Origin: Chiloscyllium plagiosum
Taxonomy: Eukaryota
Assembly: GCF_004010195.1 (NCBI RefSeq)
Contig: NC_057754.1
Span: 5,443,781-5,507,780, forward strand
Direction: 5' to 3'
DNA length: 64,000 nt
Shown here: in pieces, positions 14,701-26,700 of the stretch
Layout: the number at the start of each line of letters is the position of its first letter
Position numbering within the stretch: position 1 is the first letter of the stretch
Notes under the pieces: model-generated
Databases searched by the model: none
Told to the model about the DNA's origin: nothing
Seen by the model: the letters and a program-made list of their open reading frames with translations, nothing else
Translations under genes and position numbers: made by a program

Positions 14701-17700
14701 CAATGCCATCATACTGGGCCCAAACCCACCTCCGACACCCGCCACCACGAGCCTGTGCCACTGGGCCTACTCGATTCCCTGCTGCTGGGCCCACTCAAGT
14801 CCTACCAGAGTCTACGCTGCTGCTCCTCCGTGATTCTGTGCAGCTGGGCCTACCAGAGTCCATGCTGCTGGGCCTACTCGAGTCCACAGTTGAGCCTACT
14901 CAAGTCTGCATGGCTGGGCCTACTCGAGTCTGCATGGCTGGGCCTACCAGAATCCATGTTGCTGGGCTTACTTCAGTCCACACTGCTGGGCCTACCGGAG
15001 TCCATGCTGCTGGGCTTACTCGAGTTCATACAGCTAGGCCTACTCAAGTCTGCACTGCTGGACCTACTCAAGTCTGCACTGCTGGGCCTAGTTGAGACCA
15101 CACAGCTGGGCCTACTGGAGCCCCTGCTGCTGGGCCTACTCAGGTCCACGCCGCTGGGCCTATTCAAATCCACACTGCTGGATCTACCGGAGTCCATGTT
15201 TTGGGTCTACTTAAGTCTGTGCTGCTGGGCCTGCTCAAGTTCGTTATGCTGGGCCTACTCGCGTCCACACTGCTCGGTCTACTCAGGTCCACACTGCCGA
15301 ATGTGTTAATAAAGGGGCTCGTGAAAATAAATTGGGAGGAGCCACTCGGTTAACATTTACTTAGAGAGTAAGCTTATTATGAATCTTGTGACAGTGGGTG
15401 CAGATGGCTGCCAACATCAGGAATATATAGATTATTGAGAATTATTTGACTGATAGCAAAGCATAGTTCCCCCCCCCTATTGTCCCAGATATTCTTTTAA
15501 ACTTATTGCCTGTGTTTCTGGGTATGTTTGATGCCACATTTTGTTCTCAGAATTAACAGGGATTAACATTCTTCGGTCTTCCACACAAGCAAACCTTGGT
15601 AAGTGGCTCCTTCGTTTTTATTTTAGCGAAGTAAAATTTTAATTGAAATGGGACAGCTGCAGGCTAAAAAGGAAATAAAATTATTTGTTGTGCGTGGTTC
15701 GGTCATGGATCTAACACAGGGGTGAATGCTCGAGTGGAAGTTGCCATGCTTAGCGGTAATATCGTGGTGACACATGCATTGTGTGTGTTCTGTAGATTCT
15801 CAAGTCGAGTATGAAAGATGAGCAGCTAACTACCAAGAACAAGCACGGTGTACTGGACCTCTTCCGGACTCCTGTTATACGCAAGATAGCCTGTTGTACC
15901 ATGCTTGCTTGGTAAATTATCAAAAAGATAGATTCTTTTACGTAGAATAGCAAATTTGAATAATGGATTCTCCATTTTTTTCTTTATTCATTTTGTGGGA
16001 TGCGGGCATCGCCGGCTGGGCCCAGCATTTTTTTCCCCAGTCCCAGGCTGCTCCCTTGAAAAGGTGGTGGTGAGGTGCCTTCTTGAACGACTGCAGCCTG
16101 TGTGTTGTGGGTTGACCCCCCAGTGCCCTGAGGGAGGATTTCGACCCAAGGAACGGCCAATATATTTCCAAGTCAGGATGGTGAGGGCTTGGAGGGGAAC
16201 CTGCAGGGGGGGGGTGCTGTTGCCATGTATCTGCTGCCCTGGACCTTCCAGATGGAAGTGATCGTGGGTTTGGAAATGGTAGTGATCGTAGTCTGAGGAG
16301 CCACGGGGAGTTGCTGCAGTGCGTCTTGTAGATGGTGCACACTGCCTGCTACTGAGCATCGGAGGGTGGAGGGAGCGGGTGTTTGGGGATGTGGTGTCAA
16401 TCAAATGGGGGCCTACTTTGTCCTGAATGGTGTTGAGCTTCTTGAGTGTTGTTAGAGCTGCCCCCATCTAGGGCAAGTAGAGGGTATTCTGTCAGATTCC
16501 TGACTTGTACCTTTAGGATCTGATAGGGGGCAAACGATACCAGGGAGAATAATGGAGTGGAAACTAAAGGAAGAGAAACAGTCATGTAAACACTACGCAT
16601 GCTCCAAATCAATTGACTGCAATTGCAGTTCTCTTGCCCATGTACTAGAATATGTCAAACGGTGCCAATGGGTGATCCAGTTCTAAGACAAGCATGGAAG
16701 AAGGATTTGCAAGGCCTTAGTTATCAGAACTCAGAGTTGGAGCCATGGGCTTCAGAGAAGACGTTCCCATCTCCTGAACTCTTGCCCTTCCCAGTCAAAG
16801 GGATTAGAAGGTTGTAGAAGAAGCATTCTTCGTTCCTGGCATCTTCTGAACTGAAAGGAATGCAGGCAGAATATTCCATGGGGGTGTGGCTGCAACTGGG
16901 CACCTACTGCTCAGACTCAAAAGAATTGAGCGTAGGTTGTGAATCACCCTCCAACCTCATTTCCATAGTTGGGTCCATCCAACCCCACTTTGAAATTATT
17001 AGAACATAAGAACTGGGAGCAGGTGGAAGCCTTTCAGCCCCTGGAACCTGCTGCCCCGCTGATCTCATCACGGTCTTGGCTCAGTGGCTCAGTGGTTAGC
17101 ACTGAGTTCGATTCCACTCTCGGGTGACTGTCTGTGTGGAGTTTGCACATTCTCCCTGTGACTGTGTGGATTTCCTCCGGGTGCTCCTGTTTCCTCCCAC
17201 AATCCAAAGATGTGCAGGCTAAGTGAATTGGCCATGCTAAATTGTCCCGTAGTGTTCAGGGATGTTTAGGTTAATTGCATTGGTCAGGCGTAAACGTAGA
17301 GTAATAGGGCAGGGGTCTGGGTGGGTTACTCTTCGGAGGGTCGGTGTGAACCTGTTGGGCCGAAGGGGCTATTTCCACACTGGAGGGATTCTATGAACTC
17401 CATTCTCCTGCCCTGCTCCTTTTAATCCCATTACTGATTAAAAACATGTCCACCTCCACGTGGAATTTGTTCATGTGAACCCCACAACATGCACACTCCA
17501 GGGGGGAAGAGGGGAGTGATTTCCACAGATTCACCGCCGCCACCTCACCCCCAACTTTGAGAGAAGTCATTCCTCTTCATGTCTGTTTTAAATCTTATCC
17601 TGAAGTGATGACTGCTCGTTCTGCATGAAGAAACATCCTCTCTACATCCACTTTGGAACATAGTATACACTCGAGTCAAAGTTGATCTCATGTCAAAGTC

Positions 17701-20700
17701 GAACCCCTATTTTTTAGATTAGATTAGATTACTCACAGTGTGGAAACAGGCCCTTCGGCCCAACAAGTCCACACCGACGCACAACCCACCCAGACCCATT
17801 CCCCTACGTTTACCCCTTCACCTAACAATTTAGCATGGCCAATTCACCTGACCTGCACATTTTTGGATTGTGGGAGGAAACCCACGCAGACACGGGAAGA
17901 ATGTGCAAACTCCACACAGACAGTCGTCTGAGGCGGGAATTGAACCCGGGTCTCTGGCGCTGCAAGGCAGCAGTGCTAACCACCATGCCACCCAAAATAT
18001 CTGGAATGTTCCACATATCTTGTGCAAAAGGCAACCCCAGTTCTTCACTGATAACAGACCAACATTTGTGAGTCAATGTATTATCCTGTAGTTAAGTGTT
18101 ACGAAGAGGAAATGATTTTTCTTTTGTGCTATGACGTGTTTTGTTGTACAATTTACACCAATTCGACTCAAAGGTTTAAGACGCATCAGGTCAGAGTCAG
18201 GTGATAACCTCCCTTTGTGTGCAGCTTAGCTTACTGTAATTCGTTGTGATTTTTTTTCTTTATTCATTTAGAGATCAATTGGACTTCTGCCAACAATATG
18301 TTATTTTGAGCTGTAGCATGAATTTCAGCCCCTCAAAAGTAGTAGCCATGTAATAGTCAACCTCATAAATTTAGCTTTAAAAATAGTGTAAACAATTCAA
18401 CTTTTACACGACTATACATGGTATGTAAGGATTCTTTCTCTTCAAAAGAGAGACATTTTGAGGCCCGTTGCTCTGAAGCTGAAATAATAATCGGAACTGA
18501 GAAGGTGCAGAAAAAAATTGGATCTCAATATTACCTGAAATAATCTCGATGAAATGACACTCTCTTTTCACGGTCGTAGGTTTGCAACGGGTTTTGCCTA
18601 TTACGGGTTAGCGATAGACCTGCAAGGATTCGGAGTTGATATTTACCTCATCCAGTTCATTTTTGGAGCCGTCGACGTTCCAGCGAAGTTTATTGGTTTC
18701 ATTTCCATGAGTCTGATCGGAAGACGGTTCACACACAGCACATCCCTTATCCTCGCGGGGTGCGTGATTGTGGCGAACATCTTCGTCCCCAAAGGTGAGG
18801 GCTTATAATTACATCTGCTGTTCTCCCCCCTGCCTGGGTAAGAAAGAAATAAACTTCCATCCAGTCAAATGAACGTAAGAAATAGGAGTGGGAGTAGGCC
18901 ATTTGGCCCATCGAGTCTGCTCCACCATTCAATAAAATTATGGCCGACCTGTTTGTGGACTCAGCCCCACTTGCCCGGCCGCTCACCATAACCCTTAATT
19001 CTTAACTGTTCAGAAATCTATCCAGCTTCACCTTAATAACATTCAGCGAGGTAGCCTCACTGGGCATAGGGATTGGCGAAGATAGAAGCAGGGAAGTTAT
19101 TTCAACTGGAACTATAACGAGGGGGCGCAGCCTCAAAATAAGGGGGAGCAGGTTTAGGACCGAGCTGAGGATGAACATCTTCATCCAGAGGGTTGGGAAT
19201 CTGTGGAATTCTCTGCCCAACCCTCTGGATGAAGATGTTCATCCTCAGCTCAGTCCTAAACCTGCTCCCCCTTATTTTGAGGCTGCGCCCCCTCGTTATA
19301 GTTTCAGTGGAAACAACTTCCCTGCTTCTATCTTCCCGATTCCCTTCATAATTTTATATGTTTCTGTAAGATCACCCCCCCCCCCCCCCATGTTTCTAAA
19401 TTCCAGTGAGTTTTGTCCCAGCCTACTCCATCTCTCCTCATAAGCCAACCCTCTCGACTCCAGATTCAATCCAGTGAACCTCCTCTGCACCCCCTCCAGT
19501 GCCAGTGTGTCCATGAAAAATCCATTCAGGTCTTCTGTTCCTCATCACTGTCTGTGAGCCCCCTTCCCAAACAAAAGGTCTGTAAATGTTAGGAAGACAG
19601 CAAAGATCTTGCACTTAAGCAATCCCTCTCATGTTCTATAAAAACACGTTTAAGGAGAAAAAAAACAGTACTTCAAGTGAGGCTTGAAAATGTAACCTTG
19701 AGAACACAAGGTCATACACCTTATCGAAGCTGCTAGACTGACTTAAACTGTTCACTCAAAAGAATATATTTATTTATGAGGGCATTCGAAGGTTTGAGAT
19801 CCCTCAGATTGGAGATAGAGTCATACAACACGGAAACAGACCCTCCATTCATGCTGACTAGACATCCCGATCTGACCTAATCCCATCTGCCGGTGTTATG
19901 GACCAGACCAGACCCCCTCAAAATATTTCAAGAAGGTGGCATAGATCCTGACTTTGTCTTATTTTTAAAGGCAGATGTAAAGAGTCATGTTCCAGATGCA
20001 ATGTGACTGGTCAAACTCCTTGACGTTAAGCGACACACAATTCACTTAAACACTGTAGTCAAAGTACAATCAAACTAAGAGGAATTTAGAATAACAACTC
20101 CACTGGAAACTTAACAGAATATTAAATACAGTAACTATTACTAATTAACTGATTGAATATAGTAACATCCCATAAACACTACTTGGCAAAAAAAAAACAA
20201 ATTCAGACATAGTTTCTGAAGAAGGGTCAAATGACCCAAAATATTAACTCTGATTTCTCTCCACAGATCCCACCAGACCTGCTGAGCTTTTCCAGCAATT
20301 TCTGATTTTTTTGTCACAGATTCTCATATGCAGTTCTCCGATCCAGGAGGGAAAATACATTGAGAGAAAAGTCCGAGAGTCATAGAGATGTACAGCATGA
20401 AAACAGACCCTTCGGTCCAACTCATTCATGCTGACCAGATACCCCAAACCAATCGAGTCCCACCTGCCAGCACCTGGCCCATATCCCTCCAAACCCTTCC
20501 TACTAGCCACGGTAGCACAGCGGTTAGCACTGCTGCCTCACACTGGTCAGCAAGGTTAGATCATACAGAATACAGGGAGAGCTAGCCAGTTAGATACAAA
20601 ATTGGCTTGAAGATAGGAGACAGAAGGTGATGGTGGTGGTGGAGAGTTGTTTTTTAGACTGGAGGCCTGTGACCAGTGTTGTGCTGCAAGGATCAGTGCT

Positions 20701-23700
20701 GGGTCCACTATTTTTCTTCATTTATATAAATGATTTCGATGAGGATATAGGAGGTAATGGTTAGTAAGTTTGCAGATGACACCAACATTGGAGGTGTAGT
20801 GGACAATGAAGAAGGTTACCTCAGAGTACAATGGCACCTTGGTCAGATGGGCCAATGGGTCAAGGGGTGGCAGATGGAGGTTACTTTAGATAAATGTGAG
20901 GTGCTGCATTTTTGGTTAAGAAAAACGGAGCGGGACTCATACACTTAATGGTTGGTCCTGGGGAGTGTTGCTGAACAGAGAGACCTAAGGGTACAGGTGC
21001 ATAGTGGAGTCGCAGGTAGACAGTGTAGTGAAGAAGGTGTTGGGTACACTTGCTTTTATTGGCCAGCATTGAGAGGTCATGTTGCAGTGACCAGAACTAT
21101 GCACAGTACCCTGAAAGTGCCTGCTGCATTCATGTTTACAGATAACTAGTCACACAATCAGTGGCGAATCCTTGTCAGTCAGGAGCCATCTCATTATTCG
21201 TGGGCGGCACGGTGGCACAATGGTTAGCACTGCTGCCTCACAGCGCCAGAGACCTGGGTTCAATTCCCGACTCAGGCGACTGACTGTGTGGAGTTTGCAC
21301 GTTCTCCCCGTGTCTGCGTGGGTTTCCTCCGGGTGCTCCGGTTTCCTCCCACAGTCCAAAGATGTGCAGGTCAGGTGAATTGGCCATGCTAAATTGCCCG
21401 TAGTGTTAGGTAAAGTGGTAAATGTAGGGGAATGGGTGGGTTGCGCTTCGGCGGGTCGGTGTGGACTTGTTGGGCCGAAGGGCCTGTTTCCACACTGTAA
21501 GTAATCTAATCTAATCTAATCTATTTTCTCTGGCTGAAATCATAGAATCCCTACAGTGTGGAAACAGGCCATTAGGCCCAACAAGTCCATACCGACCCTC
21601 CAAAGAGTATCCCATCCAGACCAATTCCATTCCCTAATAATCTACATTTCCCATGACTAATGCACCTAACCTACATGTTCCTGAACACTACGGGACAATT
21701 TAGCATGGCCAATCCACCCTAACTTGCACGTCTTTGGACACGGGGGAGAATGTGCAATCTCCTCACAGACAGTCACCCAAGGCTGGAATTGAACCTGGGT
21801 CCCTGGCACTGTAAGGCAGCAGTGCTAACCACTGAGCCACCATGCAACTTTCATGAATGCTTTCAGGAGAGCAGGCATTGACTTGCCAGTGATCAGACAT
21901 ACAGGAAATAAGAAAATTAGAAGCAGGAGTAGGCTATTCGGCCTCTCAAACTCGCTTTGTCATTCAATAATATCAAGACCGGGTCTGTCTGTGTTTTCAA
22001 TTATATATTCGCATTTACCATCAATAACCTTTGATTCCCTTAAATAAACAAAATACCTCACACATCCGTTCAGGATCACATACATTTCGAACTGTCACGC
22101 TCTAAGCTCCAGTGGAAATGAGCCCAGTCTGTCCATCCCCTTGAGATAGCCAGGTTTGGTGGCATCAAGGTGGCTCAGTGGTTGGCGCTGCTGCCTCACA
22201 GCGCCAGGGACCTGGGTTCAATTCCAGCCTCGGGTGACTGTCTGTGTGGAGTTTGCATGTTCTCCCTGTGTCTGCAGGGATTTCCTCCCACGGTCCAAAG
22301 ATGCGGGATGGATTGGCCATGGTGCAGAGCTGTGTGCAGGCTAGGTCGATTGGCCAAGGTAAAATGTGGGGTTATGGGGATAGGTTGGGTCTGGATGGGA
22401 TGCTCTATGGGGAATCGGTGTGGGCTGAATGGCCTCTTTCCACTCTAAAGGGATTCTACAACCCATTAATTTCAGATATCAATCTAATCAAACACGAACT
22501 GCATGTTCAGAGAGTTATCTTGAATATGGATAGCATTTTGGAATCTTGTATAGCCAAGAAAATATATGTTATGAAGTCTAGTTTTATCCTTTAAATGTTC
22601 GACTCTGTTACATATCCTATATGAATCATAGAATCCCTAAAGTGTGGAAACAGGCCATTCGGCCCTACAATTCCACCCTCCGGAGAGTAACCCACCCAGA
22701 CCCATTTCCAAATTACTCTACATTTACCCCTAACTAATGCACGTAACCTACATATCCCTGAACACTATGGGCAATTTTAGCATGGCCAATTCATCCTAAC
22801 CTGCACTTCTTTGGACTGTGGAAGGAAACTGGAGCACCCAGGGGAAACCTGCACAGACACGGGGAGAATGCGCAAACTCCACGCAGACAGTCGCCTGAGG
22901 GTGGGATCAAACCTGGGTCCCTGGCGCTGGGAGGCAGCTAGGCTAACCACTGAGCCACCATGTCACCCAACAGTTTGCAAGTCCCAGCTTTCTAAGTTAT
23001 GATTTGCAATACTATGGCCCGGCACATTGAGTTGGATCCACAATTATGTTAAATCTAATTACCTGGTCATTAAGACCCAGTCCTGTCCCTTGTGATTTAC
23101 TTAATATCCTGGGCATTTGTCTTGTACTAGACAGAATGACCCAACCCTGTGATTTGTATGACTGTGTTCAGTCCTGTATAATACTTTCCTGTAATGATCC
23201 AGCCTTGAGGACTATACTGTGCTAAAATCCCAGCGCCAAATTAAACTAGAACGGGAAATTTTCAGCAGGGATTTCACTAAAATTAAGCAAATAAAAACCT
23301 TCTTCAGCTCTGCATGATCACTGTGCCTGCTCCATACCCTGAAGGCATTTAACATACTTGCCTTTATTGCTCAGATCTTTGAGTACAGGGGTTGGCCCAT
23401 CCCACCTGCCAACAGCATCCAATCCAGACCTACGTTTCCCAAGGCCAATCCACCTGACCTACATCTCTATTATACTGTGGGAGGTAACCTCACAGACACA
23501 GGGAGAATGTGTAAACTCCATACACAGTCATCTAAGGGTGGGATTGAACCCAGGTCCCTGGCATGGTGAAACAGCTGTGCTAACCACTGAGCCACCATGC
23601 CAGCCCAGGTAGAGTGGGCCTTTTTCGCTGAAGTGTAGGAGGTTGAGGGGTGACCTTACAGAGGTTTATAAAATAATGAGGGGTATAGATGAGGTGAATG

Positions 23701-26700
23701 GCAGCTGTCTTTTCCCTAGGGTGAGGGATTTCAAGACTAGGGGGCATATCTTTAAGGTGAGAGGGGAAAGATGAGTGCAAAATTGTGTGTGTAGTATGAA
23801 CTTCCAGAGGAAGTGGTGGATGTGGAGACAGTTACAACATTTAAAAGACATTTGGATAAGGACATGAATATGAAATGTTTGGAGGGATATGTGCCAGGAG
23901 CAGGCAAATGGGACTTGTTTAGTTTGGAATTATGGTCAGATTGGACTGGTTCGGCCGAAGGGTCTGTTTCCATGCTGGTGTGACTCGATCCTGAAGGCAA
24001 TTAATGGATACTAAGTCAGAAAAGAGTATATTTTCACCAGCGAAAAAATGTTCAGGTGGAATCTCTGCGTCCACAGCCAGTTCACCACTTTATAACATGA
24101 AAGCAACCAACACACTTGTAAAGCTAACGGGCAATTTTTCATCCCCTAATGAATTTGTTCAAGATACCTAAAGTGCTGACTGCTCCATCTTTCTGACAGA
24201 GTTAAATGCCTTACGCACGTCACTTGCTGCTATTGGGAAGGGGTGTCTATCTACAGCTTTCAGCTGTTGCTATCTCTATTCAGGTGAACTCTACCCTACA
24301 GTGGTCAGGTAAGTACACACGTTCCTTACTGCAACTGTTCTACTTTAGCAACATCAGTATCTTTTTAAAAAAATTCATTTTGGGTCACATTTGGACCACC
24401 CCAAATTGCTCTCATTTATAAGCATCATAATTAACCATTAAGGTTTCCATAGAATCCCCACAGTGTGGAAACAGGCCATCCAGCCCATAACAACCCTCCG
24501 AAGAGAATCCCACTCAGACTACCGACCCTATCCCCATAAACCTGCCTTTCCCATGGCTAATCCACCCAGTCAGCACATTCCTGGACACTATGGGGTAATT
24601 TAGTATGGCCAATCCACCCTAGCCTGCACATCCCTGGGCACTATGGGGTAATTTAGCATGGCCAATCCACCCTAACCTGCACATCACTGGGCACGATGGG
24701 TAATTTGGCACAGCCAATCCACCCCAACATGCACATCCCTCGGCACTGAGGCAATTTAGCACAGCCAATCCACCCTAACCTGCACATCCCTGGCAGCCAA
24801 TCCATCCTAACCTGCACATCTCTGGGCACTATGGGGTAATTTAGCACGGCCAATCCACCCTAACCTGCACATCCCTGGGCACTATGGGACAATTTAGCAC
24901 AGCCAATCCACCCTAACCTGCACATCCCTGGCAGCCAATCCATCCTAACCTGCACATCTCTGGGCACTATGGGGTAATTTAGCACGGCCAATCCACCCTA
25001 ACCTGCACATCCCTGGGCACTATGGGACAATTTAGCACGGCCAATCCACCCTAACCTGCACATCCCTGGGCACTATGGGACAAATTAGCATGGCCAATCC
25101 ACCCTAACCTGCACATCTTTTGACGAAAACCAGAGCACTTGGAAAAACTCCCACGCAGACATGGGGAGAACATGCAAACTCAACGAAAGGTGGAATTGAA
25201 CCCAGGTCCCTGATGCTGTGAGGCAGCAGTGCTAACCAATGAGCCACCGTGCCAGTCCGTGATAAACTGAGCCCAGTCATATCAGACATACCTCGTATAG
25301 AAATAACTCACCTCAGCTTAGCATACAATCCCGGCCACTTTGAACAGTCTGAAAGATAAAAAGTAAAATTGCCTGAATGCTCAGTTTTTCTTTCCAGTGT
25401 GATTAAAAATGTACACATGAATATCAATTTTTTAGTGTTTGGATTTCAAATTAGAGGCATTGGGGTGTTGATTTTTTTTGTGGAAGTTTTTAAAAAGTGA
25501 TTGTATCAATCTTGCTAGAACACCACACCAGTGTGCGTCAGAAAACAAGGGCCCCTGGAGTATTAAGGACGTGTGTGTGTGCGTATCCGTCCCAAACTAG
25601 AGGGTGAAAATTTAAGATTAGATTCCCTACAGTGTGACGTTATGGACTAGGCCAAGCCACTCAAAACATTCTTAATCCGGCAGTCCTAGACCTAACTTTG
25701 CAATTTGTTTCGGTAAGTGTACACTGAAAATTACCTGGAGTAAGTTAGCTCGGTTGACTACTAGGTTTTAGAACAGACAAAAAATTTATTCACCAAATTA
25801 CAAAATGAAACACAAAGAACAGAATAGAGAACCCCTACAGAACTCAACCTATCCAGCTCGACTTAATTATGCTGTTCTGAATATACACAACAGTGCCAGG
25901 AAGCAAACTCCCTTTAAAACCCAGTATAAATGGAACACATGCTTACAGGTTGAAGTTGAAGGGCAGAAAAGAGAGAGCTTCCACACAGTTTCCCTGTTGA
26001 ACTTCCCAGTTCAATTCTCAACTAAAAGTGCCCATCTCAGCCTGCTAAAGAGCTGACCACTCCCCTCTCTTTATACAGGTCACTTCTAAGCATGATATCT
26101 TTGGCCTGAAGTCTCATCTGTTTACATATAAACAGAAGGCCTGTCAAAATCCTTTTCATCTCTGTACCAAACCAGACTGATTGGAGCCCAAAGCTGAAAC
26201 TTTATTGCTGGAACAGCACAGCAGGTCAGGCAGCATCTAGGGAACAGAAGATTCGACGTTTCGGGCACATGCCCTTCTTCAGGAATGATTGGAGCCCAGC
26301 CCAGTTTATTACCCCTCTGAAAAAAATCAAGGACAGAGTCTCCTTGAGCCAAGGAACAGCTTTTAGAAAAGCTAAAACAGCTTTTAGCTTTGTGACAGTG
26401 GAAACAGGCCATTTGGACCAACAAGTCCACACTGACCCTCTGGAGAGTAACTCAACCAGACCCATTTCCCTCTGACTAATGCACCTAACACTACAGGCAA
26501 TTTAGTACGGCCAATTTACCTGACCTGCACATCTTTGGACTGTGGGAAGAAACCCACGCAGACATGGGGAGAATGTGCGAACTTCACACAGACAGTCGCC
26601 CAAGGCTGGAATTGAACCTGGGTGCCTAGCACTGTGAGGCAACAGTGCTAACCACTGAGCCACCGTGTCATCCAAATGAGAGGAGAAAGATTTAAAAGAC

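Noticed and set aside
14703..15309. Repetitive Leu-rich and AGPT-repeat ORFs
   Set aside because: Translation of a 24-bp minisatellite; open in several frames and strands; no splice context seen.
17660..17715. Possible Tc1/mariner-type transposon end
   Set aside because: Only vague resemblance; no matching opposite terminus identified.
21202..21280. tRNA gene
   Set aside because: tRNA-derived SINE head that continues into the HE1 body; many diverged copies.
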